A stretch of DNA of 64,000 nt from an uncultured virus (IMG/VR IMGVR_UViG_3300024261_000020) (taxonomy: Duplodnaviria; Heunggongvirae; Uroviricota; Caudoviricetes). The stretch's first letter is position 1. Each line of letters begins with the position of its first letter. Shown in pieces: positions 19,311 to 31,500 of this stretch. The DNA lies in IMG/VR virus record IMGVR_UViG_3300024261_000020, positions 1 to 64,000 of that record. One strand, written 5' to 3'. The translations under genes and the position numbers were made by a program. The notes beneath the pieces are model-generated. The model ran no database searches and was not told where the DNA came from. It saw only the letters and a list, made by a program, of their open reading frames with translations.

Positions 19311-22300
19311 ACCCTTTTGCCCGCGACGTTTTCAAGAACGGCCAATGCCAAATCTTTTTTACCCATGAATTCATTCACTCGACAAATAGCTTTCAAGGGA
19401 ACGCCGTCTTTAAGGATTGTTCGGTACCTTTCATAATCGTCAGCCCAAACGGTCATTCCAATAGTGTCACCATGAATGTCTTCGACCAAATACTTAGCAA
19501 ACCTTCTTCCAACATTCTTACCGTTTTTAATCTTGAATTCCTTAATCAAGGCTTTCACAATTACCTCAATCTTAACTTTCTCTTTCACTTCAAGTGATGG
19601 AACCTTAGATAACGGAGTCACAATTGAACTACCTCTGCGGAAGAATGAACCAAATACTTCATGAAGCTGGCCGCTGATGGTTCTCCCAAGAACTTCCATT
19701 TCATTCATAAGAAGAGTCTTGCGATCCCACTCTTCAAAAGTCTGGTCGAAAGAAATTGGCTCAAGGATAGAGTCAAGCTCCTCATCTGAGATGCAAATCA
19801 TCTCCTCGTAACCAGCCTTCATTTCCTTCTTCTCTTTAGCCTTTAGAGCTTTAAAGATTTCAAGAGTGTTTTCCCTCTCCATAAGGTTCCTGATCTTACG
19901 ATCCTTGACCTTCTTGATGGCAGCGTTCACCTTTGTTCTGTATTTAGCATAGTTCTCATAGATGTCTTTACGGGTAATCCCGAAACAATCAAACGCTCCA
20001 GCTTTTGCTAAAGCCTCCATTACCCTCTTGTTAACTTTCCTACCTGCTGTTTTAGCAAAGAATTCAACAAGTGACTCAGGAGCCGCAGAGATGATTTCTA
20101 TAATGGCAGAGTCTCCAACGCCCTTGACAGCGGACAAGCCTGTGGCGATTTTACTATCATCTGTTACGACGTAGTTACCTCCACTTTTAGCTACGTTTGG
20201 AGGTGTAATTTCGATTTTCATCTTACGACACTCATTCAAGTATTCTTGAGTCTTATCAGAATTCGGGTTTTCCGAGTTCATCAAAGCGCACATGAATTCC
20301 GTTGGGAAGTGACACCTGAGCCATGCAGTCCAATATGAAATTTTGGAGTAAGATATTGAGTGACTTTTGTTGAACGAGTAACCGCTCATAGGCTCAATGA
20401 ATTTCTTCCAGATATGCATGCCTTCCTTATACTTCAGTCCTCCATGTTCAACAGAGTCATTCACGAAAGAAGCCTCAAGTTTTAATGCAAGCTCAGGATC
20501 GCTTCCCTTATACTTTGAAAGCTTTCTCAACCCATCTGCTTGGTTGAAGTCCCATCCTGCAACGTCAGCCGCAACATACATCGCAGACTCTTCGTACAGA
20601 AGAATACCAGCAGTGCCACCCAAAGATCTTTCGAGTTTGGGGTGATCAAATTTGACTGGCTCATGTCCAAGAACTCTATCAATGTATTCTTTTCTAACTT
20701 CCTTAGTGCAAGAAGGTCTTCCAAGTGCATTAATAGCTGAGATTCCTTCGATATCTCTTGGCTTAATCTTGATACAGTATGGGGTCATTGAAGATTCCAA
20801 CTGAAATACGCCAGCAGTTTCGCCTCTTCCAATCATATCATAGGTGCTTGAATCGTCTAATGCTACTTGCTCCATATCAAGAACCTCACCGGTTCTATCC
20901 TGAATGATTTTTACAGCATCATCGATAACAACCAATGTTTTCAAACCAAGACAATCCATCTTTACAAGACCGAACTTCTCACAACGCTTCTTTTCCCACT
21001 GAGTTGCAGTAATCCAAGTGTCTGGATTCTTCGGGTCAACCTGATCAATCCTAAGAGGAACAAGTTCGTAAAGAGGTACATCAGAAATTACAACTCCAGC
21101 CGCATGCATACCCCAGTTTCTGGTCAAACCTTGGAGCTTTGTAGCGTACTCGTAAAGCTCAGGGTAACGCCTCATTTCCCTTGCGAAATCCTGTTGGTCA
21201 GTCGCCATGCTTGCAGCAATCGCTTCTTCGATAGAATTCGCGTCAGGCATAATTGATGTTAAATGGTTGGCGATTTTGAATGCAGAACTCTTATCCCCGC
21301 CAAGTCTCAATGAACGAGCCGCATCTTTAAGCGCGACCTTCGGAGACATAGTTGATAGGTTAGAGATTGATGCAACCTTATCTTCTCCGTATTTAGCTTT
21401 TAGATATTCCTTAACCTTTCCGGGTTCAGCGAAATCTGTATCGATATCTGGAAAACTGGTCTTCTGTGCATTATGGAATCTCTCAAAGATAAGACCATAA
21501 TCCATAGGATTGATGGTCGTACATCCAATTAAGAATGCGACCAAGCTTCCTGCGGCTGAATTATGGACTGCACCATTTGTGGTCAAATAAGAATGATCCT
21601 CATCAACTGTTATGTCATAAACAAAATCTACATCTTTCCTTTCTGATATTTTGTTTATTTTTACAAAGAAACCTTTGTCTGTTTTGTGCCAAACATATCT
21701 ATTTTTATTAGAATCTTTTGGAGCCTCTACAGCATAAGATATGCTTTCCTCTGTATGCCCAAGGTGTGTATGAATTCTTTTGTTAATAGAAATCGAAGAA
21801 GGCAGTGAAAATCTTAAATAGCAATATTTTAACTGTTCTGCAAGTTTTCTAGAAACAGTAGTTACATTAACTCTGCTTTCCATTATATGACCATCACCAT
21901 CAATAATGCCGGCAATAAGATATCTCAGCAAAGGTCTGGAAACGCTCATTAAGTCTTTAGGGATATATTTAGTTTTCGAACTAAATTCATATTCTGAAAA
22001 AATTGATTTCCACCATATTAAAAGTGGCTTATTTGAGGTTTCGAACTGAACAAGCTTTTTCGTTTTGTGCTCATAAGTTTTAATATAATTAACCCCCAAG
22101 CCTTCCAACACAAACTTAACCCTTTTCATTTGTTCGATTTCATCAGAATGAAAACATACTCCCCATTTTCCACTTTTAGACATCCATCCGTCCGCAATCC
22201 ACTTTCCAAATAACCAAGCTAAATCTTGATCTAACTTTATTTCTTTATTTATATGGTACTTTCTGAAGCTATTTATCTTCCAGTAAGAAATCCAGCTTTC

Positions 22301-24082
22301 TATGTTTTCAAAAGATCCTCTTATTGAATCAGATAACTTAATTAAACAATCTTTAGTTTTCTGATTTTTCAAATTTAGAGGAAGCCTATTAGCAACTTTT
22401 GTTAAAAAGCTCCTGCTAAGTCCGGCCTTCTTGCTGAGATCTCTTATAGAATAATCAAACTCTGAATTTACAGAAATGAGTTCTGTATTTTTTTTAATAT
22501 TCCAAGTCAGGTTGTTTTCACCTTTAAAATCCAAATTTGGGTAAAATATCCAGTCCCCAACCCTTAAGTCTTCTGCGCTAATCTCTTCAATATCCGAAGT
22601 CGGCTTCTTCCAAGAAGCTCTCGCTTTTTTAGTGGAATCAGCCCAATTATTGTAATTATCAGGACGCAAAGCCTTTTGGGCAAAAACCTTATGATCTTTT
22701 GTTAATACAAGGGGGTCTGAATCTCCGTAGTATGTCTCTATTTCTAAAAGGTTTTCGTCTACCTCATACTTCATAGTATCTGTAACTTTTCGAATCTTTC
22801 CGCTATGAGAAAATAGCTCGTCACCTACTTCTATATGATCAAGCCTTTTGACTTCATTTTTCATAATAACATGAGTTTTTCCAACTAAACAGCCTCTCGC
22901 TGGTCCGACAGGCATATGCTCTTTTGCCCAATTTGTGTAGTCTGCAACAATGAGCATGTAAGAAGAGAAATCCTTATCTTCAAGGATGACAAGCTCCTTT
23001 TTAACTCTGTCCCAATATTCTCTTTTTTGCTCAAGTGGCAACATTGGGAATATGTTTTTGAACCCTTCCATGCACTTGTAACGAAGATACGCTTTATCCT
23101 CTTCGACATGAGCAGCCTTCTTTTCTCTCCAACCAGAGAATGCCTTATAGTCAGGCTCATCTCTAACAGGAAACTTTGGAAGGATCGGTCCTTTTGGCTC
23201 AAGATATGTTGGATTCTCACACTCGGCAAGGATCTTCATCGAATTATCCATTCCTTTCTGTGCGATAGCAGGACCAAAGTGAGAGACAATCTCTTCGTGA
23301 GTCTTAAGATACATGTCCTGAACTCCGTAACGGAATCTGTCAGGATCATCTACAGCCGCTTTATCTTTCACAGCAAGCATGAAATCATGATACTTAGCGT
23401 GCTCTGCATCTCTGTAATGAGCATCGCAAGTGACGACGTATGGAATCCCCATATCGTGAGATAGGCGAACCATTGCAGAATTCAAAGCGCCTTGATCAAT
23501 AACACTTCCATTTTTATTCGTGTGATATAGGGAGTGCGGCTGGATTTCAAGATAAAAATTATCTTTGAAGATATTGTTAAGCCTATTCATATGGCAAATA
23601 GCTTTGGCCTCATCTTCTTCTGTAATCAATGTTTTGGCGATAAGTCCATTGGAGCAAGCAGTAAGGCAAATGACACCTTCATTCCACTTCTCAATGTGTT
23701 TCCAAGATACTCTCGGAACCTTTTTGCCCATGTAGCTGTTTACCTGATTCTTGAAGGACTCATAGCTAAGCCTCAAGAGGTTTTTGTATCCTATTTCATT
23801 CTTGGCAAGGAAGACCATATGGTTACTCTTCCTTACTGATAAATCGTTAGCGAAATACGCTTCCATACCTGGGATTAACTGTACGCCCGTTTTCTTTGAC
23901 GCTTCCCATGCATCGAATATTGCGGTCATAGTACCGTGATCAGTGACAGCCACTGCTGCATGATCGATTTCTTTTGCCCTCACGAATAAATCGTGGGTGT
24001 CATTCATCCCGTCTAATGGGGAACCCAATTCAGTATGGTTATGTAATGACACGAACGGCGCTGCTTTGCCTGAAGAACCCAT
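19307..24082 (-). CDS. dnaE: DNA polymerase III alpha subunit, intein-containing
   Basis: PHP domain LHNHT/TDHG/DAHY, RG-SAAGS, PDIDTDF, HAAGVV, KMDCLGL, YSFNKSH, C-terminal OB fold. Confidence 0.95.
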   Translation of the reverse strand: MGSSGKAAPFVSLHNHTELGSPLDGMNDTHDLFVRAKEIDHAAVAVTDHGTMTAIFDAWEASKKTGVQLIPGMEAYFANDLSVRKSNHMVFLAKNEIGYKNLLRLSYESFKNQVNSYMGKKVPRVSWKHIEKWNEGVICLTACSNGLIAKTLITEEDEAKAICHMNRLNNIFKDNFYLEIQPHSLYHTNKNGSVIDQGALNSAMVRLSHDMGIPYVVTCDAHYRDAEHAKYHDFMLAVKDKAAVDDPDRFRYGVQDMYLKTHEEIVSHFGPAIAQKGMDNSMKILAECENPTYLEPKGPILPKFPVRDEPDYKAFSGWREKKAAHVEEDKAYLRYKCMEGFKNIFPMLPLEQKREYWDRVKKELVILEDKDFSSYMLIVADYTNWAKEHMPVGPARGCLVGKTHVIMKNEVKRLDHIEVGDELFSHSGKIRKVTDTMKYEVDENLLEIETYYGDSDPLVLTKDHKVFAQKALRPDNYNNWADSTKKARASWKKPTSDIEEISAEDLRVGDWIFYPNLDFKGENNLTWNIKKNTELISVNSEFDYSIRDLSKKAGLSRSFLTKVANRLPLNLKNQKTKDCLIKLSDSIRGSFENIESWISYWKINSFRKYHINKEIKLDQDLAWLFGKWIADGWMSKSGKWGVCFHSDEIEQMKRVKFVLEGLGVNYIKTYEHKTKKLVQFETSNKPLLIWWKSIFSEYEFSSKTKYIPKDLMSVSRPLLRYLIAGIIDGDGHIMESRVNVTTVSRKLAEQLKYCYLRFSLPSSISINKRIHTHLGHTEESISYAVEAPKDSNKNRYVWHKTDKGFFVKINKISERKDVDFVYDITVDEDHSYLTTNGAVHNSAAGSLVAFLIGCTTINPMDYGLIFERFHNAQKTSFPDIDTDFAEPGKVKEYLKAKYGEDKVASISNLSTMSPKVALKDAARSLRLGGDKSSAFKIANHLTSIMPDANSIEEAIAASMATDQQDFAREMRRYPELYEYATKLQGLTRNWGMHAAGVVISDVPLYELVPLRIDQVDPKNPDTWITATQWEKKRCEKFGLVKMDCLGLKTLVVIDDAVKIIQDRTGEVLDMEQVALDDSSTYDMIGRGETAGVFQLESSMTPYCIKIKPRDIEGISAINALGRPSCTKEVRKEYIDRVLGHEPVKFDHPKLERSLGGTAGILLYEESAMYVAADVAGWDFNQADGLRKLSKYKGSDPELALKLEASFVNDSVEHGGLKYKEGMHIWKKFIEPMSGYSFNKSHSISYSKISYWTAWLRCHFPTEFMCALMNSENPNSDKTQEYLNECRKMKIEITPPNVAKSGGNYVVTDDSKIATGLSAVKGVGDSAIIEIISAAPESLVEFFAKTAGRKVNKRVMEALAKAGAFDCFGITRKDIYENYAKYRTKVNAAIKKVKDRKIRNLMERENTLEIFKALKAKEKKEMKAGYEEMICISDEELDSILEPISFDQTFEEWDRKTLLMNEMEVLGRTISGQLHEVFGSFFRRGSSIVTPLSKVPSLEVKEKVKIEVIVKALIKEFKIKNGKNVGRRFAKYLVEDIHGDTIGMTVWADDYERYRTILKDGVPLKAICRVNEFMGKKDLALAVLENVAGKRV
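21560..22891 (-). mobile_element. Intein (444 aa) with LAGLIDADG endonuclease in dnaE
   Basis: Begins CLVG after GPARG and ends VHN before SAAGS; block B TKDH, block F VYDITV, LAGLIDADG-like GKWIADG and AGIIDGDG; AT-rich. Confidence 0.92.
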
Positions 24083-24118
24083 GGTTAAACTTCCTTAGTT
24101 TTCGTGTACTCTATCAAT

Positions 24119-24664
24119 TTAGAGATTTTTATTGTATCGAGAGAAGTGATTTAAGAACATTCTCTCTGCCCTTTCGGGACTTACGCACTCAATTTGTACG
24201 TCAATTCCTTGTATGTTATCTGGAAAATACCATGATTGTGGCGGTGGCCAAACCATGATCTGTTGAGCTTCAGTGTAAAGCAACTGAATGTCAACCTCTT
24301 TTACAATCGACGGCATCTCTTCACTTAATTTGAAATGAGCAAAGATTTTCTTATGCCACTCTGCCTCAATTTCCTGAAACTGAGGGATCAAAGCCTTGAT
24401 CGGTCTCGGCATATCGCCAAGGTATGCTTCCGTCGCATCATGTAACAAGCCCTTCATGGCGTCTTCGTAGCTGCTCGTCTTGCGATATATCTCTTCTGCA
24501 ACATAAACTGAATGCTCAGCAACAGAATAGAAGCTTTTGCAGTGTCCATTATACCTACATTGGTGCGCCAGAGCATGAGCTATATCTTCTAAGGATATAA
24601 CCTGCTCACGCTCCGGCTCCAATGGGTATGATATTTGGCCGGTATATGTTTGGCACCAACTCAT
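24119..24664 (-). CDS. HD-domain phosphohydrolase (YfbR/YfdR-like 5'-deoxynucleotidase)
   Basis: DIAHAL..CRYNGH, YSVAEHS, LLHDATEAYLGD. Confidence 0.85.
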   Translation of the reverse strand: MSWCQTYTGQISYPLEPEREQVISLEDIAHALAHQCRYNGHCKSFYSVAEHSVYVAEEIYRKTSSYEDAMKGLLHDATEAYLGDMPRPIKALIPQFQEIEAEWHKKIFAHFKLSEEMPSIVKEVDIQLLYTEAQQIMVWPPPQSWYFPDNIQGIDVQIECVSPERAERMFLNHFSRYNKNL

Positions 24665-25035
24665 AATATCTTCTTTTTTCTTAACAACTTCACAATAGCA
24701 ATAGCCATATCTACGTCAGCAGAATATTCCGTTAAGGATGAACCGTAAATAGAAACCATTTCTTTTCTAATTTCTGCTGCAATACCATGCAGAAGATTGA
24801 TTTCAAGGATTGTGAAATCTAACTCGCTAGACGGAGTCCCGCTATTAATGAAATCATCTTGAATTTTTCTAAGCGCCTCATCTGCTTCCTCTTCAGTTTT
24901 GAAAAGGGCAGATTCATCAAACTCATCGTAAGCAACTCCTGAATCCCAATGATAATCTGAATCAGAAAAAAATACGACATCTTCCTCGGTAAATAAATCA
25001 CAGATCACGTAACGAGTCAAAAAGAAATCATTCAT
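24661..25035 (-). CDS. Hypothetical protein
   Basis: 124 aa, RBS GGAG, ATGA coupling to the HD gene. Confidence 0.55.
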   Translation of the reverse strand: MNDFFLTRYVICDLFTEEDVVFFSDSDYHWDSGVAYDEFDESALFKTEEEADEALRKIQDDFINSGTPSSELDFTILEINLLHGIAAEIRKEMVSIYGSSLTEYSADVDMAIAIVKLLRKKKIL

Positions 25036-25055
25036 TTGTTTCTCCGAAAATTGAT

Positions 25056-25472
25056 TTAGCCAACCAAGTCGGCAATGTTGAGATATACCTCGGTGGTGAC
25101 CTCAGGATCGATGTCGCCCTTGAGCATTTTTTCTGCCGTGGTGATCTCCTTCCTGGGGATTCCGTCGCGCTTAGCGTCAGCCACTAAATCCTTGCGGTCA
25201 CCAGTGGCATCGTCAAGCTCGCCCTTGTACCCGACGAGTACGGGATTTGTCTCAATGATCTCTTTTCTGCGCTCCTTAAGGGTCGCAATCTCTTCATCAA
25301 TCCCGGTGATCTCTTCGTTGTCACTTACCGCTTCTTTTAAGGCATCACGAGCAGCCTTTATCGTCTCCGTTACTTCTCCAAGTTCTTTGTAAAATCTGCG
25401 AATTGCTTCCGGAGTAATCTCCTTCTTCTCAGACAGATCAACGAGTACCTCATCAAGTGTTCCTTCAGTCAT
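25056..25472 (-). CDS. Coiled-coil protein, T4 DsbA/GapR-like dsDNA-binding
   Basis: DRKDLVADAKRDGIPRKEI resembles the DsbA/GapR helix pattern. Confidence 0.45.
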   Translation of the reverse strand: MTEGTLDEVLVDLSEKKEITPEAIRRFYKELGEVTETIKAARDALKEAVSDNEEITGIDEEIATLKERRKEIIETNPVLVGYKGELDDATGDRKDLVADAKRDGIPRKEITTAEKMLKGDIDPEVTTEVYLNIADLVG

Positions 25473-25512
25473 TTTCAGTTCCTATTTCAATTGTTTTTCA
25501 GCTTGCTGAGAA

Positions 25513-28500
25513 TCAGCCGACGAGGTCATCGACCTCTATGTCGGCCTCACCCATCGTTAACATCATACGCTCCCAAGACTTGCGCCTCTTAGCGATCTTC
25601 TTCAAATATTCGGTCTTCAATGACGCCTCCGTTGTGTGGGAGCCAAGCTCCCCGGATGCATGCCCCTTAACGTATTCGATCATAGACTCTTGAGCCTTCT
25701 GCAAATAAGTCATGCCAACATCACCTTCAGCGCCACGTCCAAAGAAATCTGAGATTGAATTATTCTTATTCATTCTTGATGCCAGTTTGCCAATAGAAGG
25801 TGGTGTTCCTAATCCTTCATCAGGGACGACTTCAAATCCGGATTCGGATCTTCTATTCTCCTTAAACGAAGGTACAGACGCTTCGAGCAATACCAAGTTA
25901 GAACCGGTTCCGTCTGCGCCAGAAGGAATGAGATCATAGTACTGCCCAAGATGCTCAGAGTAAACCTTTGAAAGGCTACTATTGATATGCGAAAGCATCT
26001 TTTTCCCAGAGGAAGTGTTTCCATCGATGTGAGTGTCGAAAATATCTTCAGCCCTAATTTCGGCAATTTCGTCTGTGTACTTGTTCTGTGCTTCTTGAAC
26101 AATATCCCTAACAACCCCAAGTCCATACACCTGAATTACAAACCTTTCTAATAGTTCTTGGTTTGGAGCAACAGAAAGCATGCCAGCGAATCTCTCAACA
26201 TTTTTGATAAGGTTGAGAGCCTCATTCGGAGCTACAAGAAGTGCTGTCGGATGAGCTTCGGAAATCCATTTTGGCTCAGAAGAACCGAGGGAAGCTTTAT
26301 TTCTCACATAAGACTTTCCTGCTTTTATGAATAGAGGAATCTGCTTTAGAGCAGACTGAGTTTCTCTAATAGCGTCATCAAAATGATTATTGATTGCATC
26401 CTCTTCTTCGCTATTCTTAGCATCCTCAAGTGCATCACCTCTTTGATCTTCAAAAGTATCAAGTTTAGAATAAAGTTCTCGCAAAATTGGGAGATACTTA
26501 TTTTTTCTTTCCCCATCTTCCTCCTTTGTCATTCTTCCTCTTCTAAAGAGGAAAGAAATATCTTGAGGTACCCCTTCGATATCGATTACGAATCTGAAAT
26601 CATAAACGGCAGCATCTGCCGCTCTTGTTACTGTGGCAGTTTTATCTCTGTTGAATGGAAGCGGGAACCCTACGAAATCACTTGCATGATCGAGAGGCCA
26701 AGTAAGGGATTTGCCTGTCTTACCCATACACATGCCAATCTGGAATTTCGAACTATCGAAACCTGAATCTGGATGAAGATATGCTGGAATGACTTTCTGC
26801 TGCCCCGCTCTGTCAAGAACAGGGGAGCCGTCCCTCCTTGTTACCGGTAGCATTGCTGGCGGCAATACTGCCGGTTCAACACCTTCTTCTTCTGACTCAT
26901 GAAGCTCAGAAGGTAAAGCTCTTCCTTTGCCAGCCCTAATGCCGAATGCATTTGGAATATTCCCTGAACCATAAGTAAGGTTCTCCATTCCGAAATCAAC
27001 AGTTTGCATTGGGAAAGCAGAAGAGAAAACTGCATGAGCCAACGGGTCACCAGATGTTCCGGACTGCCTAAGAAGTTCTTTCTTAGCTTCGGCCAAACCA
27101 ATTGGAGAAATTGCCATATTTCTTGCAATAGACATTCTTGCGATAATACCATTATATGCTGCTACAACATTTCTGAGAACAATCCCGTGATTTGCACCCC
27201 GAAGATTCGGGTTATCTTCAATTATTCTGAGATCACCACTAGTCAAAGCTAATACTTTGTCAGTTGTAGACAGATCTACTCCAATGTTATATCCGATGTA
27301 TGCCCCTGGAATACATCTTCCTGGCGCCATGCATTCATTATAAACAACTGCGATTGCATTTGCAAGATATCTTGCGTATGCGACCAAGAATATTTTCTTT
27401 CCGTATGCTTCACGAAGTCTTGTTCTCTCCTGACCTTTTTTCTCGGTGCGGTAAGATGCAATCGTGTAAAAAATTGAAAGAACTGGTGTCTTAGAGGCAA
27501 TCTCTTGCGCTTTAGCCACATATCTTTCATCACTATGAGTGATGTAAGGAATTAGCTTCTGAAAATCTGCTCTATAATCTTCAAAGAATGAAGCAAGTTT
27601 TGCATAGACAAACTCAAATTCTGTATTGTCAGAGTCGAGATCGAGATCGAATTCGATATCGTGTTCCGTATCATTTGCAACTTGAACTACAGCATCAACC
27701 AATGCCGCTGTAGCTAAAGCTGTTGCTGAACCAACGTAGTCCTCTCCTTGGAAAGCATTTGTCGCTACGATATAGGTCTTGAGCCTTGGGGCGAAAGCTG
27801 TTAATACGGCGCTCAGTGCTGCTGAGTCCAAACCGTCATCTTCAGTGTAGAATAATCCATCGATACTAAGAATTTCTTCGGGTACTCCTTCGATTGAGAA
27901 ATCCGAGTTTGCAACAACTTTGTTGAAAAACTCAGGCTCAATAGCTCTATTATTCCAAGTGATTACAATCTTAAGAGCGCCCCTAAGGGATCTTGCCAAA
28001 GCCTCAATGTTGCTCGCGAGGTCCTTAGAGTCAATGCCCTCGATTGCTCTGGAAAGAGTTTCGCTTCCGGCATCTTCATCTCTGCGATAATCCGCAGCAG
28101 CTTGTTTTCCAGCAGCGATTTCTTCCTCACTCCCTGAACCAGCCCCCTCCTTGATAAGGTCCGCCAAAAATTGCCCACCAAATTTCACTTTTGAATACTC
28201 GATTGATGAAGGAATATCTTCCTGTCCAGCACCAGGGTACTCAGAGAATGCATTCTTCTTGATAAGATCAGTAATACGGGGTGAAAACTTCCATCTGACT
28301 GGGTTCCCCAACTCATCAGGGATTACAAATGCTAACTCTTCAACACTGTGATTCTCGCTACCAATATCCTCAAAAGTCTTCAACTCTTCTTCGTCAACAG
28401 CTCTAACAATAACTCCAATCCTTTTTGCAGCCTCAAGGCTTTCAATTCCGGTCAAAGCATAAAGTTCTTTGGCCGCAGCATATCCTTTATTGGCGCCCGA

Positions 28501-31500
28501 CATTCTTACAGAAACGTGGGTCTCGCTGAACCCTACAGACTGCTTAAGTGAAAACCTATGACCGTGAGGACACACAAGAACAAGCTCTTCAATCTCAGAG
28601 AACTGAGACGGAAGCTGTCTTGCTGCTGTAACGAGCATTTTTTCTATCTTTTTTATTCTGCATTTCTTCAAACGGGCGGTTGTAGCAAGTTCTGGCTCTG
28701 GAGCGTCTGCAACCTCTAATGCTTTGATGAGGTCCATGTAGTCAATTCCTTCAAGAATAAGGAAGTCGATTATGTTTTTTGCTGCATTCTTCTGGGAGTT
28801 AGTAACACTCTCCCCTGTTGCGCTGGAACCCTTAATTACATTAAGAAGGTTTCTTAAAATGGTATAGATAGAGCCTTCTCCTCCAGAAGTTTTATCAAAA
28901 GCGGAGAGGGAAGTTGAGGCGCCACATACAAGGTAAGAGAAAGTCCCATTTTCGATCTCATCATAAGCCGCATATCCTGATGCGTTTGTAGGCGGAACAT
29001 AGGCTCCACTCCCAATGCCAGACGGTCCAGACTTCGGAATTGCAACGTTTTTATATTTTATAAGATCTGTGGATGATGGATCAACGATTCTTGCCGGACA
29101 CCTAAAGATCGTCTTAGAGAACTTGTATCCTCCAGACAGGCTCTTCTGTGCCGCAGCTTCTTGTGTTTCATCAAATTCACGAGGGTTCCATGTATACTGT
29201 AACACATTTGGATTAGAATTGGAACCATAAGTCATCTTTGACGGATCATCTTCGTAAGGCGACAACTTCAAGCCACAGCCAGATGGAGAAAATGCAGGAC
29301 CAACCTCTCCCTCTTCTTCTGCTTCATCTTCGCCCCTAACTACGCCTGCAAGATCATAAGCCTGATCGAATGCTTCTTCGAGTTCTCCACGAATGAGAGC
29401 CTCGATATCCGGATCGTTCATCACAGCTTCTGCAAATGACAGATTAAGTTCATCAATTTTGTCAAAAATTGCACCAACAGCGGCTTGAGTCTCTGGATCG
29501 TCAGGATACTGAAGCTCTGTTTTAATTTTTGTAATCTCATCTTTTGGACTGAATATGTCGCTTTTCGAAAATCCCGTTTCTGCCTCTTCCTTCTGGAATG
29601 GGCAAGCATACATGATCGTACTAATGTCCGTCATGACTGGGACGCCTGCGCCTCCCTTTCTTTTGTGCCGTAACCGTACCGCGCCAAGATGAGCTAATGC
29701 TCCGGCTCTTCTCTGAAGTCCTTCTTCATGCTCGGCAGGCTCATTGGAATAAAGTAACTCAAGGATTTCTGACCATGTTTTGGAACCTTCGTAGCTATCA
29801 ATGACAGAACGAGTCCTCTTTAGGAGCTTAGCTTTGTTCGTCAAAGAGCCATCAGCTTTAGTCTCATTCATCTGAGAAGCGTTTCCAATTTTTGAAGAAT
29901 CCGGAGCAGGATAAGGACCTCCCTCCTCTAAGTGTCTCTCAGTTATGATAAATGATGTTTTTCGGCCATCATCTTTTAAGCGCTTTCCTACAAAAGAATA
30001 CATAGGAAGGTATGCGCCTCTAGACTGGATTAGATCCAAATCCTTAAGGGGTTTGCCGGACCATTTAATTGGACGAGTACATGTGGGGCATTTAGCAATG
30101 TTAACCTTGCTGCTTTCAGATGAACGAAGATCTCTTCTAAGGTTTTGCGCAACAAAGCCTTTCTGGAATAAAACATTACTAATGAAGTTCTTCATCGGAT
30201 CTGAATCGTTTACTGCCTGATCTGTTGATGTCGCAGAGAGCATCCTTCTGAACTTTGACCACATAAGTTTAAAAATGTATTCAGTAGTATCATCTTCTAA
30301 GCTTCGTCCGCCATGAAGATCCTTTCCATAGTCCTCAACAACTGAAGAGTATGTGTCGCCTTCGAAGTCTCCCCATGTTTTTATACCGGCGTATAGCAGA
30401 CCTACATCTCTAACTGCAAGGTACGATAATCCAAGCACAATTGTCTCACTGAAGAACGCCTTATCCGCAACAAATTGTGGCACAAGCAATTTATCTCTAA
30501 GTCCAGCAAGTTCCACTCCAGAAATTGAATTCTCTGGATCCATAATTGCTGCCCTAATTGCTTTCTTAACAAAAAGATCAACACCCTTGATTGCGTAAAT
30601 CAAATTGTTAAAATCGATAAGTACGCTATTACTAACCTTTGAATCAGCTTTGTCTGAGCCCTTACCTTTTGTTCTGGTCTGTCGATGCCGTTCAATCATT
30701 CCAGAAGTAAGTTGTTCAAAATGAACAAAAGCTTTCTTTGCATTGTTCATAACCTGAACAAGAGACTCCTCTGTCTGGCGGATGGTTTCCGTGGTCAAAC
30801 CTGTCTCGGAAACAATTTCGATTCCCCTTACAATTGCATGAGACCCCAAAGTCTCCATGCTCAACGTTGCAGGAATCTCTTGTACACGAACCCTTGTGTC
30901 CATTCTGTTTGCGACATCTTCTTCTGAAAGATTCGTCTCTCCAGCTTTAACAACTTTTGATCCCCTTTTTTTGCTAGGCCCTTTCTTCTTGCTATCCGGA
31001 TCCGATTCATCCTTCTTGTCAAGAGGGGCATACTTAACTAAAGAATCTAAGAACTCAATAGTTCCCCTGATTTGCTCAGCATAAAGCTCAACATCACCTT
31101 CTTCTGTAGCTTCGTGAAGCTTCTTTAAATGAAGGCCGAGGTTCTTAAAGGACATCATAACCCTTTCCCTCTCAGCTTCAGGGTATTTTTGCGTCTTGAT
31201 TCTCTCAAGGTCTTCTGCAAAGTCAGGCTTGCTTAAGCCTTCTTCTTCTGCCGGCTCTGTAGTCGCCGCCTCCGGAACCTGTTCCCCTTCAGGGATAGCC
31301 GCAGGTGCTCTGAATGCATATAGAGATTCTGACAGACTTTCAAAAGGTACTCCCCTGAACTGTCCTTCTCCAATATAATGTGTAATGTATCGTGCAAATC
31401 CCTGAACGAAGTTATTGTCTCCAATAACTTCCTTGGTCGCATCAATGACGCTAAGGTCTGCTTGCTGCGACATTAGGTCATGAATGGCTGAAAGAGTAGC

